A stretch of DNA of 58,597 nt. Origin: Chthoniobacteraceae bacterium. GTDB taxonomy: Bacteria; Verrucomicrobiota; Verrucomicrobiia; Chthoniobacterales; Chthoniobacteraceae. The stretch covers positions 1 to 58,597 of the forward strand of contig JANNWY010000042.1 in the NCBI GenBank assembly GCA_031409335.1, in the 5' to 3' direction. Shown one piece after another: positions 10,348 to 17,469 of the stretch. Every line of letters begins with the position of its first letter. The first letter of the stretch is position 1. Under the pieces are notes generated by a model, which was not told the DNA's origin, did no database searches, and saw only the letters and a list, made by a program, of their open reading frames with translations. The position numbers were made by a program, and so were the translations under genes.

Positions 10348-10467
10348 ACGCACGAGGAACCGCACCAGCGACTCCTTGTCATCGGGCTCATTGGAAAGAT
10401 CGGTCAAAACCACGACGCGGGGCCGGAGATCGTCTGTTTCGAAGGCTTCCGGCACCGCCCGCATCAA
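10348..10467 (-). pseudogene. N-terminal fragment of a DUF1593 (nucleoside-hydrolase-like) gene
   Basis: RPRVVVLTDLSNEPDDKESLVRFLV matches the DUF1593 N-terminal signature. Similarity ends at the stop of the convergent gene. Confidence 0.7.
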
Positions 10468-10468
10468 T

Positions 10469-11074
10469 TCAACGTGGAAACCATTCGCGGAGCTGATTCC
10501 GCATTCTAATAAAGGCGCTGTCCGCGCATTTCGATAGGCTGATTTTTTCCGCTATCCGCTGATAGAGAGCGGATGACCTCGGTGTTCCGGCAACCTTCAA
10601 AGCCGCCTCTATAGCCTCCTTTGGGCGGGTGGGCTTGTCGTTCGCATCGAAAGTGTAGCCTGCATCGCGAAGCCATTCTCGAAGGCGCTTTCCTGAACGC
10701 CATTCGATTACTTCCTCAACAGCGTTGTCTGAGCCCCAAATCCACACGTCAACTTCGGGTTCGATCACCACCGACTTAGCTGCGCTTTGCCAGGTCGCTT
10801 TCAATCGCGAATCCAGCTGCATTTCCAGTGCTTCGGCGTTCGGCCGGTCGCTGCCACACCCCTCAAAATCTAATACCAATAGCGCTTTCTTGAATCGACG
10901 ATGCTCCCGGGCCAACGCGTCGGGGCCAGTTTTTCGAACACCGCCGTCCCGTCCTGGATGGACGCGAAACTCAAAGTCGATCGGAGCGATTCCAAGAGCC
11001 TCCGGTCTTCCCAATGCACCTTTTAGTGCAAAATGGGCATTCTGGTCCGCAACCAACAGAACAAGATCTTTCAT
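10469..11074 (-). CDS. mad4: MAD4-like protein (partner of the ATPase; TOPRIM/DUF4276-like)
   Basis: MKDLVLLVAD...RPEALGI..HPGRDGG..LVLDFEGCG..PEVDVWIW..PKE..PRSSALY..C.D.AF, recalled as the MADS MAD4 family; not searched. Confidence 0.7.
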   Translation of the reverse strand: MKDLVLLVADQNAHFALKGALGRPEALGIAPIDFEFRVHPGRDGGVRKTGPDALAREHRRFKKALLVLDFEGCGSDRPNAEALEMQLDSRLKATWQSAAKSVVIEPEVDVWIWGSDNAVEEVIEWRSGKRLREWLRDAGYTFDANDKPTRPKEAIEAALKVAGTPRSSALYQRIAEKISLSKCADSAFIRMRNQLREWFPR

Positions 11075-11082
11075 TCTCTGAG

Positions 11083-12348
11083 TTAGCTAAGAATTCCCAT
11101 CGCGAACAACACTCCCAAGTCGGGCTCGCCCTTTTTCCAATCCCGAAGTGCTGGGTGTCGGTCGCCCGACACAATGTCCGTCGCGCCTGCTGCGTCTTTG
11201 GCGAAGCAAAGCACGTCGCGCGGCTCTAGCATGTTCAACGCAACCGGGCTGTGAGTCGCCACGAGCACCTGACTTCGATATATTGAGGACAGGGATTGCA
11301 AAACTGTCTCTATCGCGCGGGGATGAATTCCGTTCTCTGGCTCTTCAATAAGGAACGTGCCTTCCAAGTCAGGTAGATACGTCGGAATAGTGAGTGCCAG
11401 CAGGCGCAACGTTCCATCGGAGGCAAGCCACGAGGGAACCTTAGCTCCGTTAGAATACTCGATGATGAGGTATCGGTGTTTGTCCTCCGGTCTCTCGAAT
11501 GTATCTATATCCTTGACGTCTTCTAACGCCGTCTGCACATGCGCGAGCCAAGCGTAAAAGCGCTTCTCGTTCTTTCGCAACTCCGCAATTACCCAGGGCA
11601 GATTCGACCCGTCGGTTTGGAATCGCTGGCGCAAGCCGGGAGGACTGGGCTGCTTGATCACTTGACTGTTTAATACGAACGTCTGAACACCCTTCTCCAA
11701 GAGATCGCGAAACCAACTGCTGACCGGGAAACTATCTGTATCTGCGGGAAGATTGGCGAGCGCGGATTTGCCTCGCCCAAGCTTGAATGACGGCGTGTAG
11801 GAGGGACGTCCCTCAGGATAGAAGTTGTCATTTCCGCCCGGCGCTTTCGTCACTGCTGCGTTCCGGCCTTTTTGCGAACGGATTTGGCTCACAATGGAGT
11901 GCAACTCTGTTTGAGGCGCAGGGAAGAAATCCGGCTGAACAACGGGCTTCTCGACGTCTGGCTCCATCAGCCAAAGGGTTTCGTGATCGAGGCCAATTTC
12001 ATTGGTTGCATCCTCCAGCCCAATCCGAACCTCGTAGCGCACTCGCGAAAATCGCTGTTTTTCGTCAGCCATGAGCTTCTTTACGGTTGTCGGAATCTCA
12101 GCCTCGACAGCAAGTTCGAACGATCGGCCGGCCCCCATCCATACGAGCTTCTCGAAATCCTTGCTCCGCTTCTGAACTGTCTCAATGACCTCGCCCCGGT
12201 TTCTCGCGAGTTCCCCAAGGAATCCAATCACATCCAAAAATGTTGTCTTGCCGCTGGCATTCGGGCCGACGAGCGCGCGGAATGGTCCCAGCGCCTGATC
12301 CACTGACTTTAGGCAGCGAAAGGAACTGGTTTGAATGCGCGTAAACAT
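11083..12348 (-). CDS. mad3: AAA_21/ABC-type ATPase, MAD3-like
   Basis: Walker A GPNASGKT; signature SDGTLRLL; Walker B/D-loop LIEEPENGIHP; H-loop ATHSP. GC is lower than in the flanks. Confidence 0.8.
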   Translation of the reverse strand: MFTRIQTSSFRCLKSVDQALGPFRALVGPNASGKTTFLDVIGFLGELARNRGEVIETVQKRSKDFEKLVWMGAGRSFELAVEAEIPTTVKKLMADEKQRFSRVRYEVRIGLEDATNEIGLDHETLWLMEPDVEKPVVQPDFFPAPQTELHSIVSQIRSQKGRNAAVTKAPGGNDNFYPEGRPSYTPSFKLGRGKSALANLPADTDSFPVSSWFRDLLEKGVQTFVLNSQVIKQPSPPGLRQRFQTDGSNLPWVIAELRKNEKRFYAWLAHVQTALEDVKDIDTFERPEDKHRYLIIEYSNGAKVPSWLASDGTLRLLALTIPTYLPDLEGTFLIEEPENGIHPRAIETVLQSLSSIYRSQVLVATHSPVALNMLEPRDVLCFAKDAAGATDIVSGDRHPALRDWKKGEPDLGVLFAMGILS

Positions 12349-12444
12349 AATTAGGACGATGGCCGATTGCTGCTCAGGCGACAATACCTTGTGAAGGTGT
12401 GTTGAATTTTGCGTGAGCCGCAGGATACGCGAGCCGGGCAGCAC

Positions 12445-13275
12445 TCATCGCTGATTATTGAGGCAAGCGCCGCCGAGCGAACCCACCACCTCATCCAGCA
12501 GCGGCGCTTCCATTTCCACCAGATGCCCTCTCTCGGGGAAGCGGCCTTCATTCACATCGGCGATGTACTCGCGGAAGGCGGCGAGGCGTTCCTGCTGGAG
12601 GCGGCGGTGTTCGGCGGCGAAGTTGCGGTAGGCTTTGGCGTGGCGCGGCAGGCGTTCGTCGTAGTCGCCGAGGATGTCGTCGGAGAAGAGGAACTGGGTG
12701 TCGCAGCCGGAGCCGGAGCCGAGGGACATGAGGAGCATCTTCGTCTGCGATGAAAGGAAGTGCGCGAGGTTGTGCGGGACGACTTCGAGTTCCGCGGCGT
12801 AAGCGCCGGCGTTTTCCAGCTCCTTCATTTTGTGGCAAAGCTGAGTGGCTTCCTCGACGGTGCGGCCGATCGCGCGGTAGCCAGTCCAGGTGACATGCCG
12901 CGGGACCATGCCGAGATGCCCGACGACGGGGATGCACTCGCGCGCCATGGCTTCGATGATGAACGGGCTGGCCGAGCAATAGACGCTACTCGCGCCAAGT
13001 TCGAGGGCGCGGAAGGCGACGCGGATCGCCTCCTCCGGCGAGGCGAGGCCGTGCGGTGTGGCGCACGAGAGAAAGCTATTGGGTGCGGCGGCGACGAGCG
13101 CGGGCAGACGCGCCTGCGCTTCGGGGCCGTCGAAGCTGCAACTCATCAAATCCACGCCGGCCTCTTCCGCGGCGGCGGCTTCCTCCGGGGATTTGACGTG
13201 AATGTGCGTGAGCACGCGTTTGCCCTTGAGCTGCTGGAGGTCGAAGACGGTATATTTTTTGCGCGCGCGGAGCAT
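12445..13275 (-). CDS. Divergent ketopantoate hydroxymethyltransferase (PanB-like)
   Basis: IPVVGHLGMVP..TGYRAIGRT, LENAGA...LEVVP, GSGSGCDTQFLFSDDILG, PRHAKAY and G.FP motifs. The canonical LVGDS motif is missing. Confidence 0.8.
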   Translation of the reverse strand: MLRARKKYTVFDLQQLKGKRVLTHIHVKSPEEAAAAEEAGVDLMSCSFDGPEAQARLPALVAAAPNSFLSCATPHGLASPEEAIRVAFRALELGASSVYCSASPFIIEAMARECIPVVGHLGMVPRHVTWTGYRAIGRTVEEATQLCHKMKELENAGAYAAELEVVPHNLAHFLSSQTKMLLMSLGSGSGCDTQFLFSDDILGDYDERLPRHAKAYRNFAAEHRRLQQERLAAFREYIADVNEGRFPERGHLVEMEAPLLDEVVGSLGGACLNNQR

Positions 13276-13357
13276 GACGCTCACAGCACTATGAAAACCG
13301 GAGTTTGAACTCAACCGCCATCCGCCCTTTTGCCGGAGCCATTTCCAGAGAAGAAAA

Positions 13358-13449
13358 TGGCGGAAGGGGTGGGATTCGAACCCACGGTGCCTTTAACAGC
13401 ACGTTCGATTTCGAGTCGAGTGCCTTAAACCGGACTCAGCCACCCTTCC
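13358..13449 (-). tRNA. tRNA-Ser(CGA)
   Basis: GGAAGGGTGGCTGAGTCCGGTTTAAGGC...anticodon loop CT-CGA-AA, long variable arm, GGTTCGAATCC T-loop, encoded CCA end. Confidence 0.95.
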
Positions 13450-13621
13450 GTTTTGCGTCGGAACTATGTGCGGAGATTTCGGGCTGGCAAGCGGGAATTC
13501 CGCGATGCTGCCGCAGGGAGTGATGTTTGTTTTCCATGGAATGGAAATGCTGAACGGTAATTCGCAGCGGCAGCGGTGTGTCGGATGCGTCGTTTTGTCA
13601 GTCGTCCGTGCGAGCAGCAAA

Positions 13622-16048
13622 TCAGCGCGGCGGGACAGTGTCGGCGCGGATCGTCGTTGGGGCGGCGGGTTGGGGAAGTGGCGGGAGCCCGTTCACCGTG
13701 ACGGCGAGTTTTTCCGCCACGGGCGTGATCGGTTTTTTGTCGAGGACCTTGCCGCGGCCGACCACAGCGACGCTGCGCGGCTGGCTGGCTTCGGGAACGT
13801 TGACGTGAAACTTGTTCATGTAGCGGCCGCCGAGGCGCGAGTTGGCGAGGCGGAAACGCAGCACGCCGGTGCGCGTCTCGACCTGCAGCTCGCAGTCGGA
13901 AGCGTTCAAGGTGCTGCTGTCGTCGGCGTAGCAAAAGCCGTAGGCACCGTGCAACGCGGGGTAGATGTAAGTCGGCTGCTGCCCGGCCGGATCGTAATAG
14001 CCAACGAGCGTCACCACCGGCACGCCGAAGAGGTGCGGCTTGCGTTCGAGGCCGCGCTCCGCGGCGGCACCTTCGTTCCAGCGTTTGCCGTCGGAGGTGT
14101 AGCTTTTCTTGAAGCCGCGCGTGACGTTCACCTTCTGGCCGTTCAGCAGCAGCGCGCTGGCGTAGCTGGCGTCGTGATCGATCGCGACGACGCGGCCGCG
14201 ATTCGCCGCCGAGGCGGCGGGAAGCGGAATGTCGCGGGTCCAGTTGCCATCGCCCATCGCGACCGTCACCACGTCGTTTTCGGCGAGCAGCGCCGCGAGC
14301 CTGGCTTCGTTGAGTTCCTTGATCGGCGCGCCCTTCTCGCGCCTGACCTCGACGCTGTGGCGGTAAGGTTCCATCCGTGCGGTGCTCTCGTTCCATTTGC
14401 TGAAGCCGGTCGGCGAGCTGGCGTCGAAGACGGCTTTGCTCTCGAGGAAACGCTGGATGATCGCCGCCGAGTTCGGCGTGTAGAGCGTGAAGCGGTTGAA
14501 GCCCGAGAACGGCGCGCCGCTCGCCATGGCGTCGAGGCCGAAGGAGCGACCGTCGAACGGCGGCTGGCATTCCTTTTCCACACACGTCTCCTTGCCGCTG
14601 CGGGTCGGGGCGAAGTTCGGAATGAAGCGCGCTTTGTCCGCGTCCCAGCCCCATGTGGAATTGATCTGGTCGGCGGGGCGATGCACCGAGCCTTTGAAGC
14701 CATCGACGTAATGCCCGAGGCCGTAGTTGTGCCCGACCTCGTGGCTCAGCTCGTTGCCGATCGACTCGTCGAGCGTCACGATCCCGCCGCCGCCGGAGCC
14801 GCCATGCACCTGAATGCCGTTCGAATATTTCCCGCGGTTATTGTGTGCCGCGAGTTGGGCCACGACGTAAGGGTGGCCTTTCTCGCCCTGGCCGGACGTG
14901 CTGTTCAGCCCGTAGTTCGCGTTGTCGATGCCGTGCGAGATCAACTCCTTGCCAATGCTCTGGCGCATGTTGCCGGTGTGCCAGCCGCCTTCGCTTTCAT
15001 CGAGATCCTTGAGCAGCGTGCCCGTCGGCATCATCACTTCGCTGAGCGAAAGCGGCGCGTATTGCGCCACGATGAGGCGGCTCGTCGGCACGGTCTGGAA
15101 ATACTCGCGATGCGCCTCGGCATCTTTGGCAAAAGCGAACGCGCCGCGCGGCGTGGTGAGCATGCCGACATCGATCGTGTGAATGAGCAGCTGCGTCGGC
15201 GCGCCGACTTTCAGCCCGGTGAGTTCGCCCGTGAGATTGCCCTGGCGAATCTGGAGCGAAAAGCCGGGCACGATCCACTCCGCCGCGAGCCCGCCGCTCC
15301 ACGCGTCGGTCGCGTAGGTGATCGCATTGTTCTCGAGATCGCCGTCGCGAAACCACTGCCCATTCGCGCACTTAAACTCCAGCGTCTGCCCGCGCGCCAG
15401 CGCCACCTGCCGACCGCTGTAATAGATCGTCGAGCCGTAGCCCGCCTGCGACTTCGCCCGCACCATTTTTCCGTCGAGCGCCTTGTCCTGCGGCAGGTAA
15501 ATATCACGCACCCACTGACCGTCCGCAGTCTCGATCTCGACCAGCGCTTTGTCTTTCAACTGGCTCAACAAAAACGCGCCGCTCTTGTCGCTCAGCTTTT
15601 CCAAATCGCCCCGCGCGCGCACCGTGCCGGTGGAACCGACCGGCGGAGTGAAATCGATCCCGCCTTCCGGCGCGCCATCCACCGAGTAGGCAGTCTTCGG
15701 CAGCAGCCTCGGCGGATTGAGATTCAACGTGCCGACCGGCTTGCCCTGGGCATTGAGCACGACCACCGACATGGGCGTTTTGTCGTCGGCCTTCAGCGGC
15801 CGGACCAGCAGCAGGCTTTTGCGCAAGCTCGTGAGATGCGGCTGATTGTCCCCCGCGCGCGGATGCGCCGGGAGAATCTGGCTCTGGGCAAAAAGCACCT
15901 GCGCCGTGAGCGAACCCGTCAGATCGTTGACCGGATTCGTCGTGTTAAAAACGAGTGGCGGAGCGGCGTGCAGCGGACAGCGCGAGGGTCCGGCGAGAAT
16001 TGCGGCAGTCAGCAAACTGGCGAGCGGGAGGAGATGTTTGGTGATCAT
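13622..16048 (-). CDS. Secreted M66-family zinc metalloprotease (StcE/TagA-like)
   Basis: Signal peptide; FAQSQI; HREYFQT.P.SRLIV; metzincin motif HEVGHNYGLGH; WGWD; C-terminal GVPVVTLVGYYDP...IYPALHGAYG. Confidence 0.88.
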   Translation of the reverse strand: MITKHLLPLASLLTAAILAGPSRCPLHAAPPLVFNTTNPVNDLTGSLTAQVLFAQSQILPAHPRAGDNQPHLTSLRKSLLLVRPLKADDKTPMSVVVLNAQGKPVGTLNLNPPRLLPKTAYSVDGAPEGGIDFTPPVGSTGTVRARGDLEKLSDKSGAFLLSQLKDKALVEIETADGQWVRDIYLPQDKALDGKMVRAKSQAGYGSTIYYSGRQVALARGQTLEFKCANGQWFRDGDLENNAITYATDAWSGGLAAEWIVPGFSLQIRQGNLTGELTGLKVGAPTQLLIHTIDVGMLTTPRGAFAFAKDAEAHREYFQTVPTSRLIVAQYAPLSLSEVMMPTGTLLKDLDESEGGWHTGNMRQSIGKELISHGIDNANYGLNSTSGQGEKGHPYVVAQLAAHNNRGKYSNGIQVHGGSGGGGIVTLDESIGNELSHEVGHNYGLGHYVDGFKGSVHRPADQINSTWGWDADKARFIPNFAPTRSGKETCVEKECQPPFDGRSFGLDAMASGAPFSGFNRFTLYTPNSAAIIQRFLESKAVFDASSPTGFSKWNESTARMEPYRHSVEVRREKGAPIKELNEARLAALLAENDVVTVAMGDGNWTRDIPLPAASAANRGRVVAIDHDASYASALLLNGQKVNVTRGFKKSYTSDGKRWNEGAAAERGLERKPHLFGVPVVTLVGYYDPAGQQPTYIYPALHGAYGFCYADDSSTLNASDCELQVETRTGVLRFRLANSRLGGRYMNKFHVNVPEASQPRSVAVVGRGKVLDKKPITPVAEKLAVTVNGLPPLPQPAAPTTIRADTVPPR

Positions 16049-16160
16049 TGGCGGCGGTCGAAAGCTGGCGAGATTGCATCTCACCAGTGCCATCGCCAGA
16101 CTTAATTTCGCGCTCCACTTCCCGCATTTCTCTCGCGTCAGGGCGCGCTGACGCAGCGCG

Positions 16161-16448
16161 CTATTTCTCCGCCTTCCGCCGCACCCCACGCGAATCGCTC
16201 TCGCGTTCCCAATACCGCATCGGCTCCTCGAAGCACGTCCCCGACAAATCCTCGACCGCCCGCCGCAGAAACTTCTGCGCATCCTCCACGCCCAAATTGT
16301 TAAGCAGCGGCCCGATCTCCTTCAGGAAATATTCGAGGACAAACCCGGCCCGCACCTCGCTCCACTCCGCATCCAATTCCTCCGCCGCAAACCGCCGCGG
16401 CGACCCAACGATTTCAGCCTTCTGTTCCTTGGCGACATTCCGATTCAT
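16161..16448 (-). CDS. Small hypothetical protein
   Basis: 95-aa ORF from ATG 16448, co-oriented with its neighbours; no family recognised. Confidence 0.45.
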   Translation of the reverse strand: MNRNVAKEQKAEIVGSPRRFAAEELDAEWSEVRAGFVLEYFLKEIGPLLNNLGVEDAQKFLRRAVEDLSGTCFEEPMRYWERESDSRGVRRKAEK

Positions 16449-16542
16449 GCCCGCGAGCACGTCGCTCCCGTTCCCGTCTGCGAAGGAGAACTTCGCCTTC
16501 GCGCGCGTTCCCAAACGCAAATGGGACGGAGGAAGTGGACGG

Positions 16543-17403
16543 CTATAGTACGGCAGGAATGGCGTTCGCTGCTTTGAGACGGCGGGCCAGATCAACGATC
16601 CTACTCGTCCCATCTGCGGCGATTAAAATCATCTGTCCATTTTGGCGGAGCGTAAACTTTTGAACAATGGCGGGAGGGATATGACCAAGAGCCAGAATGC
16701 TTACGTCGAAATTGAAGCCTCCCGCAACGATGCGGCAGACACGGCAATTGTCGGGGTCTCGATGGACGCCGGGTTGCGCAATAAACTGGCCCAAATCGTC
16801 GCCTATCTCATCCCTCAGATCCGTCATCAAAAATGGGTATTCATTTTCGTCGAGTGGATCTTCGGCCAGGAGCGCTTGCGCTAGCCGTCGCTCATGCGAA
16901 AAACCAAGCGAAGTGCCTCCGACAAAATGACCGTCGGCCACACTGATTCTCCAAAGTAGCGACAGGATAAACAGCTTGAGCAACTTGTAGTCGCACTGGA
17001 CAACGCGCACCGAGCAAACTTTTTGAGTGCTGACCTGGAATGGCGCGCTGACTAGCTTGCCGACGTTCTCTTTTTGCAAAGAGCCAGGCGTGTTGCCGTA
17101 GAAAAGCTTGCGAAAATAATCTTCGTATTGGCTGAACCGCTCTTCGCATGTTTTGCAGAGCAGGCGGTATTTGATCTTCAAGATTCTCTCCCAGTGGCCG
17201 CGTTGCTTTCTGCCTCCTTTGATTTTCGGATCAACGCTGAGTGTGATTGAAAAAGGCTGTGTTGCGCCCTTGCTTCCGGTCACCAGGTGGTCCTCCAAAC
17301 CCTTTATGAAAAAGTCAGGGAAGATGTGAGATTCTCGCAAAGGTCCTAATCCACCGCAAAGGCGGCAGGTGTTGGAGTTTTGGGAGATCGCGGCGTTCAT
17401 CAA
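16543..17403 (-). CDS. HNH-like / Zn-binding hypothetical protein, low GC
   Basis: CRLC...ESHIFP...LLCKTCEERFS pattern typical of HNH-type nuclease N-domains; AT-richer codons than the flanks. Confidence 0.65.
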   Translation of the reverse strand: MMNAAISQNSNTCRLCGGLGPLRESHIFPDFFIKGLEDHLVTGSKGATQPFSITLSVDPKIKGGRKQRGHWERILKIKYRLLCKTCEERFSQYEDYFRKLFYGNTPGSLQKENVGKLVSAPFQVSTQKVCSVRVVQCDYKLLKLFILSLLWRISVADGHFVGGTSLGFSHERRLAQALLAEDPLDENEYPFLMTDLRDEIGDDLGQFIAQPGVHRDPDNCRVCRIVAGGFNFDVSILALGHIPPAIVQKFTLRQNGQMILIAADGTSRIVDLARRLKAANAIPAVL

Positions 17404-17469
17404 TCAACTATTAATCCATTTTGGCTTTAGCCCAAAATGGCCTGCCAAGTCTTACAGATCCGTGCCCTA

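Noticed and set aside
10340..13449. tRNA-Ser-anchored integrative element or prophage
   Set aside because: No integrase or phage genes are present, and I could not find a duplicated tRNA 3' end (att site) by eye.
13466..16105. 879-aa plus-strand ORF and similar long antisense ORFs (e.g. 2533-4419, 8009-9604, 42644-44329, 55909-58104)
   Set aside because: These are shadow ORFs opposite well-supported genes, expected in high-GC DNA, and they carry no recognisable motifs.
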